The position numbers and the translations under genes are program-made. A model generated the notes under the pieces. The model saw nothing but the letters and a program-made list of their open reading frames with translations. It was not told the DNA's origin and searched no databases. Of a stretch of 64,000 bases of DNA, positions 20,704 through 32,100 are shown piece after piece (within the stretch, counting starts at the first letter, position 1; each line of letters opens with the position of its first letter). The DNA is from Promethearchaeota archaeon (GTDB lineage: Archaea; Asgardarchaeota; Lokiarchaeia; Sigyniarchaeales; SOKP01): positions 384,001-448,000 of the forward strand of contig JAHPZE010000001.1 in the NCBI GenBank assembly GCA_019058365.1, read 5' to 3'.

Positions 20704-22005
20704 TTAAAACCGAATTGGTGGTTCTTGCCGGAGATCTTTAATTTTTCCTTTAAGTAGAGGGTCGTCTGTACGTTTCATCCATTCATACAACTTTTCTTTT
20801 AATTCTGTAACAACAACTTTATAGTTAAAGTCATCAATTATATTATGTGTTTCGTTGGGATTCTTTTTAAGATCATAAAGTTCTTCATTAGGTCGAGGCT
20901 TATTAATAAGTTTTAACATATATTTACCTAAAGCATCTTGCTGTATATCCATCCCTATTTGATATAGATTTTCTGATTTCTCAAAATTAATTATGAACTT
21001 AAATTCTTCTGTTCTAATACTTCGAATAGGGTCATAAAATTCATGAAAAGATTTCTCTGAATATATCTCTTTTCTGAATATATTAGTTTCACCCTTTAAA
21101 AGAGGTGTAAAACTCCTGCCTTCAATGTTTTTTGGTATTTTAGCTCCAATTAAATCTAATAATGTTGGTAATAAATCAATATTACTAATCATTTGGGTAT
21201 ACACCTTATTCTGTTGGAGAATGTCTGAACCGGGCCAAGACAGTAATAGTAGGGTTTTTAAACCAGGATCATATAACGTGCATTTTGCTCTAGGATACGC
21301 TTCTCCATGGTCAGTTGTATAAATAAATAAAGTATTTTCCCTTAAGCCAAGGTCTTCTAATTGTTTAAGTATTTTTCCAATACAAGTATCAACTCCCTGT
21401 ATTGCTCCATAAAATTGAGATAAATCTTCTCTTACAATCTCTTTATCTGGTAAATAAGGAGGGATTATAACTCCGCTTGGATCTACAGGATCTCCCCATA
21501 CTCCAAAGGGTCGATGCACTTGAGTAACCCCAATACTTACATAGAAAGGATTTTCTTCATTTTGATGCGTTTCAAAAAACTTTTGGTAATTTTTTTTCAT
21601 TTTCTGGCAATTATATAAGGGTTCTGACCTTCGCTTACTAATTGTATCATACCCTAAAGTAAAAGCATCAAAAGCTTCATGCTGAAACCCCATTAAATGA
21701 GTTGTATATCCCTGTTCTTTTAAATACATCGGAAGAGTTTCATTTCTTTCTGGTAAAGTCCATCCTCTATCCACAAGTCCCATAAGACCATTTTGATGAG
21801 GATATAATGATGTTTGAATTCCACCTCGACTTGGACTACATTGAGGTGCAGTACAAAAATGGTTTGTAAATCGTACTCCATTTTCGGCAAGTTTATCTAA
21901 ATTAGGAGTGTAGAGGGAATTGGGAGTTTGTGGTGAACTATAACATCCAAGAAACTGCCCTTGGTCATGAGTTATAAATAATATGATGTTTGGTTTTTCT
22001 TTCAT
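20704..22005 (-). CDS. Sulfatase (Cys-type formylglycine, sulfamidase-like)
   Basis: KPNIILFITHD, CSPSR active-site motif, TTDHG, EELYDL. Confidence 0.92.
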   Translation of the reverse strand: MKEKPNIILFITHDQGQFLGCYSSPQTPNSLYTPNLDKLAENGVRFTNHFCTAPQCSPSRGGIQTSLYPHQNGLMGLVDRGWTLPERNETLPMYLKEQGYTTHLMGFQHEAFDAFTLGYDTISKRRSEPLYNCQKMKKNYQKFFETHQNEENPFYVSIGVTQVHRPFGVWGDPVDPSGVIIPPYLPDKEIVREDLSQFYGAIQGVDTCIGKILKQLEDLGLRENTLFIYTTDHGEAYPRAKCTLYDPGLKTLLLLSWPGSDILQQNKVYTQMISNIDLLPTLLDLIGAKIPKNIEGRSFTPLLKGETNIFRKEIYSEKSFHEFYDPIRSIRTEEFKFIINFEKSENLYQIGMDIQQDALGKYMLKLINKPRPNEELYDLKKNPNETHNIIDDFNYKVVVTELKEKLYEWMKRTDDPLLKGKIKDLRQEPPIRF

Positions 22006-22052
22006 AAAAATTCCACAAAATCATTAAAAAGAATAGATAAAAGTAGATAAGC

Positions 22053-23033
22053 TTAGATCTCAACTATGATTTTAACAAAATTTCTTTCTTTAGGATCTAT
22101 ATATCTCTCGAAAGTTTTCTGCGTATCCTCCAATCGAATCGCTTCAGAAATAAATTCATTAGTTTCTACCTTATTCTTAGCAAACAAATCAATTGCCTTC
22201 AAGATATCATCCCTATCATGACCTAAACTTCCTTTTAAAGTTACTTCTTTTGAATTCAACATGAACAACGGGAATGTTATACTTCCTTTATGAATTCCTT
22301 CTAATAAGATAGTACCACCTTTTTTGATAAAGTTAACTGCATTGGATATAGTTTCTTCATTTCCAACGCAATCAAAAATAAAAGTAGGAACTCCAAGTTT
22401 TTTAGTAACTTTTTTAACTTGAGCTCTGCTTGTACCAGTAGCATCTGTTGCTCCCATCGCAATTGCTTTATTTCTTAAAAATTCATTTGGTTCAACTACA
22501 ACCACATAATTAGGTTCTCTTTCAATTAATAAAGATTTCAATGTGACTAATCCCACATTACCCCCTCCAATAATGAGAATATTCTCGTTATTTTCAATTC
22601 TCGACAATTTAAAAGCACGCATTATTAACGCAAAAGTTTCAATCATAACAGCATCTTTCGTTGAAACATTTTCAGGAAGGGGAAATAGTGATATTTTAGG
22701 TACTTTAACATATTCAGCAAACCCTCCATCTTGAAACATTCCCATACCTATTAGTTGTCCTTGGCTAACATCAAGTGATACATTTACACAAAGAACTCTA
22801 TCTCCCACTTTTACTTCAGAAATATTTTCACCTATTTCTACTACTTCCCCTGTTATTTCATGTCCCATTATTAAAGGCATATTGTAGGTTTTATATCTAA
22901 AATTTGTTATATCACTTCCACATATTCCACAATAATGAACTTTAACCAATGCATCATCGGCACCGAAAGTTGGTTTAGGATAATCATCCCTATAAGTAAT
23001 TTTTTTGATGTCTTCTATAACAGCAGCTTTAAT
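22053..23033 (-). CDS. Zn-dependent medium-chain dehydrogenase; probable non-canonical ATT start at 23033
   Basis: CGICGSD, GHE and GGGNVG motifs. Frame extends 28 codons upstream of the track's TTG (IKAAVIEDIKKITYRDDYPKP...), preceded by GGAGATGA. No ATG/GTG/TTG lies between it and the upstream in-frame TAA. Confidence 0.8.
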   Translation of the reverse strand: MKAAVIEDIKKITYRDDYPKPTFGADDALVKVHYCGICGSDITNFRYKTYNMPLIMGHEITGEVVEIGENISEVKVGDRVLCVNVSLDVSQGQLIGMGMFQDGGFAEYVKVPKISLFPLPENVSTKDAVMIETFALIMRAFKLSRIENNENILIIGGGNVGLVTLKSLLIEREPNYVVVVEPNEFLRNKAIAMGATDATGTSRAQVKKVTKKLGVPTFIFDCVGNEETISNAVNFIKKGGTILLEGIHKGSITFPLFMLNSKEVTLKGSLGHDRDDILKAIDLFAKNKVETNEFISEAIRLEDTQKTFERYIDPKERNFVKIIVEI

Positions 23034-23132
23034 AGAAATTTCATCTCCTATTATTTTTACTTTTATTTCATTTATTTAATTTACATAATATACTTTATGG
23101 AATTTTAAGAAAAAAATGTAAAAAATAGGATT

Positions 23133-23885
23133 TTAGAGCCCTAATAAAGTGCTCATGCTTTTTAGGATTGCATCTATTTCAGTATCAAAAGTTTTAACTT
23201 GATCGAAGAAGATATTGTTTACTTGAAGTAATTGCTTTACTACATATTCAGGTGATTGAGTAATTTGTTTTGCCAGGTTTATTGCCTCATTCAATACTTC
23301 CCCTTTCTCAGCTAATTTATTAATAATATTCAACCGGTATGCTTCCTCAGCCGTGAGAAAAGTATCTCGGGTTCCTGTATTTAATGTAATTTCAAGAGCC
23401 TTTCCACGCCCCACAAGAGTCATATAGGGAAAGAAAAGTGGGCACGCACCGAATCTTATCTCCGGGTGACCAAAAAGAGATCCCTTTGAAGCAACTCGAA
23501 GGTGACAAATAACAGTAAGGTCGAATGCTCCTGCAAGAGCATATCCATTCACAGCAGCAATTAACAATTTAGGAAATTCAAATATTGTCTTATGAAAAAG
23601 GTGATTAGAATCGATAAATTGCTTAGAGTCTCCTTTTCCTTGTACTACTGCTTGGACTTCATCTCTATCAAATCCCGCTGAAAAAAGTTCTTCTCCTCCA
23701 TAGAATATTACAGCTTTTACTCTTTTTTCTTCTTTAATAGAATTTAAAGCGTCAATAATTTCTGCTCTCATTGCTTCACTCAAAGCATTTTTCTTTTCAA
23801 GACGATCAAACTTAATTATGGAGATTTTGCCTTTCTTCTCAACTTTAATACATTGATATTGTTTTTCCATTTTTTCTAACTCCAT
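23133..23885 (-). CDS. Enoyl-CoA hydratase/isomerase (crotonase) family
   Basis: KKNALS, FSAGFD, IAAVNGYALAG, FGHPEIRFG. Confidence 0.9.
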   Translation of the reverse strand: MELEKMEKQYQCIKVEKKGKISIIKFDRLEKKNALSEAMRAEIIDALNSIKEEKRVKAVIFYGGEELFSAGFDRDEVQAVVQGKGDSKQFIDSNHLFHKTIFEFPKLLIAAVNGYALAGAFDLTVICHLRVASKGSLFGHPEIRFGACPLFFPYMTLVGRGKALEITLNTGTRDTFLTAEEAYRLNIINKLAEKGEVLNEAINLAKQITQSPEYVVKQLLQVNNIFFDQVKTFDTEIDAILKSMSTLLGL

Positions 23886-23993
23886 GAAAATTTTATATAA
23901 ATTATTTAAGATTTAGATATATTACCTTAAATTTCTTTGATCAATAATAATTAGCATAACAAATATTTTAGAGATTAACTTAAAATTATAATT

Positions 23994-24236
23994 ATGAGAC
24001 CCCCTATTTGTAGAATATGCGATAAGAATCTAGTAGATAAGGATGATGGAGGTTTGATATATTTTAGAAAACGCCCTTCTGATAAAGAATGGGAAAAGAG
24101 GATGGAAGGAATTGGAGGTGTAGGACATCCACCCTATGCAGAATGGTTCTGTAAAAAGCATTATGATAGAGCAAAGGAGCTAAAACATTTACCTATCAAT
24201 GAAGCATTAAAAATTTTAAGATCTGAGGGGACCTAG
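23994..24236 (+). CDS. Small hypothetical Zn-finger-like protein
   Basis: CRIC...GHPPYAEWFCKKH; 80 aa; slight 3' overlap with the convergent mvhD. Confidence 0.55.
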   Translation: MRPPICRICDKNLVDKDDGGLIYFRKRPSDKEWEKRMEGIGGVGHPPYAEWFCKKHYDRAKELKHLPINEALKILRSEGT

Positions 24237-24650
24237 TTCCTTAATCTGGTGAGTAAATTCTGTAATTACCTCAGCAAACCGTTTTCCTTCAGATGCGCTA
24301 ACCCATTCTAACCGTACCCGCTTAGGATCCACTCCCAATTGTTTAATTAATATAGAATGTAACCTTTCGAATCTTTCTTGAGTGTATTCATTTCCGGTAA
24401 TATAATGACAATCACCTATATGACATCCACTTATAAGGACACCATCAGCACCATTCTTCAATGCCTTTAATACAAATGCAGGGTCTACTCTTCCAGAGCA
24501 CATTACCCTTATAATTCTAATATTTGGGGGATATTGAAACCGAGAAACTCCTGCTAGATCTGCTCCTGCATAGCTACACCAATTGCAACAAAAGACTAAA
24601 ATGTGGGGTTCAAATTCTTCTTTTTCTGCTTTTTTCTTCGACTTTGACAT
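24216..24650 (-). CDS. mvhD: MvhD [2Fe-2S] subunit (Cys form)
   Basis: FCCNWCSYAGAD, MCSGRVD, GCHIGDCHY, WVSASEG. ATG at 24650 preferred because GGTGAT lies upstream as RBS. Confidence 0.93.
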   Translation of the reverse strand: MSKSKKKAEKEEFEPHILVFCCNWCSYAGADLAGVSRFQYPPNIRIIRVMCSGRVDPAFVLKALKNGADGVLISGCHIGDCHYITGNEYTQERFERLHSILIKQLGVDPKRVRLEWVSASEGKRFAEVITEFTHQIKELGPLRS

Positions 24651-24659
24651 GATTATCAC

Positions 24660-27600
24660 CTACAAACCGTTCTTAACTTCCTCTTTTTCTAATAAATAAG
24701 AATCAATCATTGTAGAGATCTGGTCAAAATCATAATGTTTAACCATTATAGCTCCAACAGGGCAAGTAGCTGCACATGTTCCACAACCTTTGCAGACTGC
24801 AGCGTTGATATTAGATTTTCTGACTTTGATACTTACATCCTCAAATTCTTTGGTTATTTCTATAAGTTCTATTGCTTTATACGGACACACGTCTTCACAT
24901 TTCCCACATCCTATACATTTTTCTTCTGAAACCTCTGCTACCAATCCAGAAGTAGTAATTTTATCCGCACTTAAGAATCTACTTGCTCTTCCTGCAGCAC
25001 CATTAGCTTGCGAAATTGAATCCTGTATATTTTTTGGCCATTGAGCACAGCCACATAAGAAAATTCCATCTGTAGCAAAATCTAAGGGTCTCAATTTAAC
25101 ATGTGCTTCTAAAAAGAATCCATTCTTGTCTAATGGAACTTTCAACATCATTGCTAATTCTTTTAAGTTATCTGCTGGAATCATAGGTGTCGAAAGTATT
25201 ATCAAATCTGTTTCAAATTCGACGGTATCTTTTAAATTAGTATCAAATACTTTTATCTGATATTTTTCAGGACTTCCTTTTTTCTTTTGCACTTCTGGTA
25301 AATTATCTAAGTCATATCTCAAAAAAATTGCGTCTTTTCTGCGTTCACGATAATATTCTTCGAATTGTTTTTTGGCCATTTGTAAATCTCTATAAATAAC
25401 TACAAGTTCTAAATCAGGCTTCAATTCTTTTAATATTCTAACATTTTTGACGGAATTAGCACAACAAATATTGGAACAGTAAGTTATTCCCTCATTTTGT
25501 CTTGCATTTACACATAAAATTAATGTTATTCGAGTAATTTGATCTAACCAAGATTTATCTTTATTTTGTAATTTCTGCTCTAACTCCAATTGAGTCATTA
25601 CATTTTTATTTTTATCGTGGTATTCAAAAAGTCCTGATGGCTTAAATTCTTGGCCGCCAGTAGCAACTATTATCGTCCCAATTTTTAACTCATGGGTTTT
25701 GTTATTTGAATCGTTTATCACTACATCATAATTTCCGACATAACCTTTAATATTCTTAATTCCACCATTTAAGAATACCTGAATGTTACTACTTTTCTCT
25801 ATCTTTTCTTTTGTTTCATTTAATAATTCTAATGCATTTTTATGAACTGGATATAATACATTTAGAAATCTTAAGTTTCCACCTAACTCATTTTTTTTTT
25901 CTATAAGAAAAGTTTTAAATCCTTGATTAGCTATATTTAAAGCTGCAGTCATACCTGAAATACCTCCTCCAATAATTAAAGCTGTATGGGTAATATCTAT
26001 TTTATCTTCTTTCTGGGGCTTTAGTAATTTAGACTTTGCGACATGCATTCTAATTAAATCTATGGCTTTATGAGTAGCAGCATCTTTTTCTTTCATATGA
26101 ACCCATGAACATTGATCTCGAATATTAACAAGCTCAAAAAGATATTTATTTAACCCGGCTTCTTGACATGTTTCTTGAAATAAGCTTTCATGTGTTCTAG
26201 GAGTACAAGATGCCACAATAAATCTATTTAAATCATGTTCAGCAATTAATTCTTTAATCCTAATTTGAGAGTCAGATGAACATGAATATAAATTTGCTTC
26301 ACATACCACTACGTTTGGGAGGTTTTTAACATATTCTACAACTCGAGGAACATCTACATAATTTCCAATATTGATTCCACAATGACAAACCATTACCCCT
26401 ATTCTTGGTTTATCTGTAATTTTAACCACTTTTTCTGCTATATCGAATGTTTTTTCTTTCACTTGGGTAAATTTAACAGAGTTTAATAAATCAGCGATTT
26501 GTGCTGCTACTCCACTAGCGTCAGCAACCGTCTCTGGAATATCCATTGGTCCTTGACAGAATCCACATAAGAAAATCCCATTTCTAGTAGATTTTAATTT
26601 ATCAAAATACGATTTTTCTTTGAAAAAGTTGTATGTATCTAATTCAATTCCTAAAGTTTTTCCTATTTCTTTAACTCCTTTTGATGGAACTAAAGGGGAT
26701 GCCAGAACAACCAAATTAGCACGAAAATCCTTGAATTCACCAGTCTTCAAATCCTCATAATGTATAATTAAATCTTTAGTTTCGGGATCTTCTTCAATTG
26801 TACTTATTTTTGATTGAAAATATTTTACTCCATATTCTTTTTGAGCTCTTTGTGTGAATTCATAAAAATTTTTACCATATGCGCGAATATCATGCCGAAA
26901 TACATAACATTCTGAATTGTCCGAATGTTCTTGGGTAATTATTGCTTGTTTTGCTGTATAAGTGCAGCAAACACTAGAGCAAAAAGGGACATTTTCATGA
27001 AGATCTCTTGAACCTGCACATTGAATAAAAGCAATAACTTCAGGTTCTTCATCATCACTTAATCGCTTGACATGTCCACCAAATGGTCCAGATGCGCATA
27101 ATATCCTTTCATATTCAAGAGCACTAACAACATTTTCGTATCTATACCCCCATCTTGAAGTTAATTTTTCAGCAGGCATTTCAAAACCTGTTGCTACCAC
27201 TACAGCTCCAACTTTAATTTCAAATTCTTCAGGTTTCTGTTCAAAATCTATTGCCTCAGCAGGACAAGCCTTTTTACATATTTGGCATACTCCCTTCGTT
27301 AAATATAAACACATCTCGGAATCAATTAAATAAATAGGAGGTACTGCTTGTGGAAAAGGAATAAATACTGATTTTCTTTTACCAATGTTCATTTCAAAAG
27401 GATTTGGAGCCATTATTTTGGGGCATTTAGCAGCACATTCTCCACATCCCTTACATTTAGTTTCATCAATATATCGAGGTTTTTTCAGGATTTTCGCAGT
27501 AAAATTACCAGGTTCACCGTCTACTTGAAGAACTTCATGATATGTCATTAATTCAACATTAGGATTACGAAATACTTCAACCATTTTTGGAGCTAATATA

Positions 27601-27767
27601 CATAAGGAACAATCTAATGTTGGAAAAGTCTTGTCCAGTTGAGACATTCTACCTCCAATTGAAGGTGATTTCTCAACTAGGTATACTTTAAATCCTAATT
27701 CTGTGAGATCAAGAGAAATTTGTATTCCCGCTATACCTCCTCCAATTACTAACACAGAACCCTCCAT
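24660..27767 (-). CDS. hdrA: Large HdrA-like flavoprotein (two FAD-binding motifs, ~1030 aa)
   Basis: GGGIAG and GGGISG; DKTFPTLDCSLC; CSSVCC; CHCGINIG; ASCTPRTHE; EAHVKLRP; C-terminal 2x[4Fe-4S]. Confidence 0.93.
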   Translation of the reverse strand: MEGSVLVIGGGIAGIQISLDLTELGFKVYLVEKSPSIGGRMSQLDKTFPTLDCSLCILAPKMVEVFRNPNVELMTYHEVLQVDGEPGNFTAKILKKPRYIDETKCKGCGECAAKCPKIMAPNPFEMNIGKRKSVFIPFPQAVPPIYLIDSEMCLYLTKGVCQICKKACPAEAIDFEQKPEEFEIKVGAVVVATGFEMPAEKLTSRWGYRYENVVSALEYERILCASGPFGGHVKRLSDDEEPEVIAFIQCAGSRDLHENVPFCSSVCCTYTAKQAIITQEHSDNSECYVFRHDIRAYGKNFYEFTQRAQKEYGVKYFQSKISTIEEDPETKDLIIHYEDLKTGEFKDFRANLVVLASPLVPSKGVKEIGKTLGIELDTYNFFKEKSYFDKLKSTRNGIFLCGFCQGPMDIPETVADASGVAAQIADLLNSVKFTQVKEKTFDIAEKVVKITDKPRIGVMVCHCGINIGNYVDVPRVVEYVKNLPNVVVCEANLYSCSSDSQIRIKELIAEHDLNRFIVASCTPRTHESLFQETCQEAGLNKYLFELVNIRDQCSWVHMKEKDAATHKAIDLIRMHVAKSKLLKPQKEDKIDITHTALIIGGGISGMTAALNIANQGFKTFLIEKKNELGGNLRFLNVLYPVHKNALELLNETKEKIEKSSNIQVFLNGGIKNIKGYVGNYDVVINDSNNKTHELKIGTIIVATGGQEFKPSGLFEYHDKNKNVMTQLELEQKLQNKDKSWLDQITRITLILCVNARQNEGITYCSNICCANSVKNVRILKELKPDLELVVIYRDLQMAKKQFEEYYRERRKDAIFLRYDLDNLPEVQKKKGSPEKYQIKVFDTNLKDTVEFETDLIILSTPMIPADNLKELAMMLKVPLDKNGFFLEAHVKLRPLDFATDGIFLCGCAQWPKNIQDSISQANGAAGRASRFLSADKITTSGLVAEVSEEKCIGCGKCEDVCPYKAIELIEITKEFEDVSIKVRKSNINAAVCKGCGTCAATCPVGAIMVKHYDFDQISTMIDSYLLEKEEVKNGL

Positions 27768-29047
27768 TATTTTTCTTCCTCCGCCGTTGGATTAGAATCA
27801 ACGACATAAATTAAATTTACTAAGAATTCAGAAAAATCGACTATTTCTATTGAGGAAATATCTTCATAATCATTTTGCAAGCACGAAAAATGCATTTTGC
27901 ACTTAGGACAAGACGTAACCATTATTTTTCCCACGTCTTTTGCTTCTAAGAGCCTTTTATATCGCAATGCTTTTGATCGATCATTACAATTCATCCAAGA
28001 ACTTACTCCACAACACAGAGCATCTTTCTTGTTATGTGCCATTTCATTAAACTTATATCCTAATTTTTTCAATTGAGAAAAAATTTCACGTACATTTTCT
28101 ATTATCTGACTATCTTTAGGTAAAAATCGACTTAGACGACATGGATCATGATAAGTAAATGGGATAGGTTCTTCTTTTTGAGAAGGATTCTTAAACTCAA
28201 TCTTATTTGCTTTCCAATTTTCATAAATATACTCTATTAAATGTTTAACAATGAATTTTTTATTAAAATCGTCAAAAAGATTTTGATAATCTACTTTAAA
28301 TGTCCTATAACATTCAGCACAGGCAGTTATAATTGTTTTAACTCCCGTTTCTTCAATTCTTTTAATATTCTTCTTTGCTAAATTGATAAATTCTTTGAGT
28401 TTTCCTTGACCCCAATAGAGATCATGGCCACAACAGATTTCATCTTGAAGAACTACTACAGGTTCTTTTTCAATCTGGCATAATATTTTTAAAGTGCTTT
28501 CTGCTATAGAATTGGAATTTTCAAACTCAAAATTAAAAAAGGGTAAACACCCAACATAATACATAATATTTCCATGTTCTGAAATTTCACATCCCTTAGG
28601 AACCCATTCAAGAGATCTTTCTGGCTTTATATCGGAAGCACTCATTATTTCTGAGATAGTTGTATATACCCCCTTATGAGCAATATACTCATCCGGGTTT
28701 TGATTATATGATTCTCGCATTTTATATTTAGCCATTCTTACGATGTCTGCGAAATTTATTCCCTCAGGACAGTTTTGAAGACAAGCATTGCAAGTTAAAC
28801 AATCCCATAAAATTCCACTCTCAATAACTTTATCCTCAAAACCCTCTAGAATCATTTCGATTATTCTGCTCGGTTCAAAAGTTTGAACTTTACTAAGTTG
28901 ACAAACACCACTGCATCGAACACATTGATAACATCGATATAATAATTTTCTTATATCTGGTTCATAAATTTTTTCAAGATATGAATCAATATTATCCTTA
29001 GGTTCTTCTGGATCTTCCGCTTTTGAAGTCTCTGTAATATTATTCAC
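27767..29047 (-). CDS. HdrD/HdrC-B-like Fe-S oxidoreductase (ferredoxin plus two CCG domains)
   Basis: CYQCVRCSGVC, CLTCNACLQNC, CCG twice, TACAEC, HDPCRL, SCPKC. Confidence 0.9.
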   Translation of the reverse strand: MNNITETSKAEDPEEPKDNIDSYLEKIYEPDIRKLLYRCYQCVRCSGVCQLSKVQTFEPSRIIEMILEGFEDKVIESGILWDCLTCNACLQNCPEGINFADIVRMAKYKMRESYNQNPDEYIAHKGVYTTISEIMSASDIKPERSLEWVPKGCEISEHGNIMYYVGCLPFFNFEFENSNSIAESTLKILCQIEKEPVVVLQDEICCGHDLYWGQGKLKEFINLAKKNIKRIEETGVKTIITACAECYRTFKVDYQNLFDDFNKKFIVKHLIEYIYENWKANKIEFKNPSQKEEPIPFTYHDPCRLSRFLPKDSQIIENVREIFSQLKKLGYKFNEMAHNKKDALCCGVSSWMNCNDRSKALRYKRLLEAKDVGKIMVTSCPKCKMHFSCLQNDYEDISSIEIVDFSEFLVNLIYVVDSNPTAEEEK

Positions 29048-29198
29048 TTTCTCTGGTTATTTCAAATTTTAATAATTTGAACCAATAATGATTAGAAAAA
29101 AAATAGAAAGAATTTATTTTTTCTGATTAGGTTTCATAACTCTCTTGTCAAATGAGGAATTGCATTGATGATAAAGCAAGATTCTTCTTTATTTGAAT

Positions 29199-32100
29199 TT
29201 ACATAGCAAGTGTCCTAATCATTGCATTAATTTGCTCAAAATCGTAATGTTTTATTGAAATTGCCCCAACTGGACAATTAACAGCACAAGTTCCACAGCC
29301 TTTACATAATCCTGAATTAACAGTAGACTTCTTTATCGGAAGGCTCACTTCTTCAAACTTCTTCAGCACTTCTACAATTTCTATTGCGTTATATGAACAT
29401 ACTTCCTCGCATGTCCCACAACCGATACATATCTCTTTTTCTACTTCCGCAATTAATCCAGATGTGGTAATTTCTTCTGCGCTTAAAAATCTGCATGCTC
29501 TTCCTGCTGCGCCATTTGCCTGTGATATTGAGTCTTGGATGTTTTTAGGCCAATGAGCACATCCACATAAGAAAATTCCATCAGTAGCAAAATCTAATGG
29601 TCTTAATTTAACATGAGCCTCCAAAAAAAAACCATTTTTGTCTAATGGAACTTTTAGTTTCTGTGCTAATTCATCTAAGTTATCAGCTGGAACCATTGGT
29701 GTTGATAGTACTATTAAATCCGTGTTAAAATTAATATTTTCTTGTAGATTTGTGTCAAAGACTTTTATTTCAAATTTCTCTCTTCCTCCATTTATATCTC
29801 TAATGACAGGGGGATTGTCTAAATCATATCTCAAAAATATAGCATCCTTTCTTCTTTCACGATAATATCTTTCAAATTCTTTCTTTGCCATTTGAAGATC
29901 TCTATAAAGCACTATTAGCTTTAGATCCTGCTTTATTTCCTTAAGGATATTAATATTTTTTATAGCAGTTTCACAACAAATATTTGAGCAGTAAGTTATC
30001 CCTTTTTCTTGTCTTGCATTAACGCATAATAATGTTGTAATATGATTAAGTTTATCTAACCATGATTGATCTTCATCCTTTAATTTCTGTTCTAATTGTA
30101 ATTGTGTAATTACATTATGGTTCGTATAAGTATATTCAAAAAATTCATTAGGTTTTAACTCTTTTCCACCAGTGGCGACAATAATAGTGCCAATTTTTAA
30201 TTCATGAACATTGCTATCTGAATCGATAACTGAAGCATTATAGTTGCCAAGATATCCATAAATATCTTTCAATTCAGAATTTAAAAAGACTTGAATGTTC
30301 TTATTTTGTGTAACTTTTTCTATAGTTTCATTTAATAAGATTGAAGCATCCTCCTGGGTAGGATATAACATATTCAAATACTTTAAATTGCCACCTAAGT
30401 ATCTGTCTTTTTCTACGAGATAAACTTTAAATCCTTGATTAGCTATACTCAATGCGGCTGTCATTCCAGATATACCTCCACCAATTATCAATGCAGTTTG
30501 AGTAATTTTTAATTTCTCTTCTTTTTGCGATTTTAATAATCTTGATTTAGCAACTCCCATTCTTATTAAATCAATTGCTTTTTTCGTAGCAAGCTCCTTC
30601 TCTTTCATATGTACCCATGAACATTGATCACGGATATTTACCATGTCAAAAAGATACTTGTTTAGACCTGCTTCTTGACATGTCTCTTGGAATAATGATT
30701 CATGGGTTCGTGGGGTACAAGACGCGACAATAAATCGATTTAAATTATATTCACCTATTACTTCTTTAATTCGTTCTTGCGAATCAGAACTACAAGAATA
30801 AAGATTATCTTCACAAAAAACTACATTAGGCAATGTTTTTATGTGTTCTATAACTTGAGGAATCTCAATATATTTTCCAATATTAATACCACAATGACAG
30901 ATGAGGACCCCAATTCTAGGTATATCTGTTTCTTTAACTGCCTTTTCTGGTATCCCTACAATTTTTTCTTGTGTCTCAGTAAACTTAAAAGAATTAAGTA
31001 AAGTTGCTACTTGTGAAGCTACCCCACTGGAATCAGCTACCGTTTCTGGTATATCCATTGGACCTTGGCAAAAACCAGCTAAAAAAATGCCTTCTTTAGA
31101 GGATAAAGATTTACTGTAATATGATTTCTCCTGAAAAAAATTATATTCATCCAACTCGATATTTAAAACTTGAGCTAATTCTCTAGTTCCAGCCGAAGGG
31201 ACTAGGGGTGTGGCCAATACTACTAAATTTGCCTTAAAATCCTTAAATTTACCAATTTTTAGATCTTCATAATGAATTACTAAATCATTTGTTTCTGGAT
31301 CTTCTATTATTCTGCTAATTTTAGTTTGGAAATATTTTACCCCATATTCTGACTGAGCTCGCTGGGTAAACTCGTAGAAGTTTTTTCCATAAGCCCTAAC
31401 ATCATGCCTAAATACAAAACACTGTGAGTTTTCAGAATGTTCCTTAGTTATGATTGCTTCTTTAGCTGTATACATGCAACAAACTGAAGAACAATACGGA
31501 ACACCTTCACGTAAATCCCTTGAACCCGCGCATTGAATAAATGCTATTTTTTCTGGCTCTTTCGCATCGCTAGGTCTTACAATATGCCCCTGAAATGGTC
31601 CAGAAGCTGATAATATTCGCTCATATTCCAAAGCACTTACCACATTTTTATAATTATAACCCCATCTTGAGGTTAACTCTTCTCCTAACACATCATATCC
31701 AGTAGCAACAACAATAGCACCAACGTTCAATTTGATTTCTTGAGGTTTCTGTTCATAATCTATGGCTTCTGCCTTACAAACTTTCTCACAGACCCCGCAT
31801 ACTCCTTTAGTTAATTTTAAACACAATTCAGAGTCAATTAAGTATACCGGAGGTACTGCTTGAGGAAATGGAATGTAGATTGACTTTCTTTTACCAAGAT
31901 TCATATCAAAGATGTTAGGGGTTTCAATCTTTGGACATTTAGCAGCACAGTCACCACAGCCTTTACATTTAGTCTCATCAATATAACGAGGTTTCTTAAG
32001 TACTGTAACATCAAAATTACTTGCGTTTCCAGAAACTTTTTGAACTTCATGATAAGTCATTAATTCAATGTTAGGATTTCTAAATACTTCCACCATTTTA

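Noticed and set aside
29078-29137. AUGA-containing hairpin downstream of the 1026-aa hdrA as a second SECIS
   Set aside because: Stem is mostly A/U runs, there is no GA on the 3' side, and the upstream gene has no in-frame TGA. A terminator-like or chance structure is more likely.
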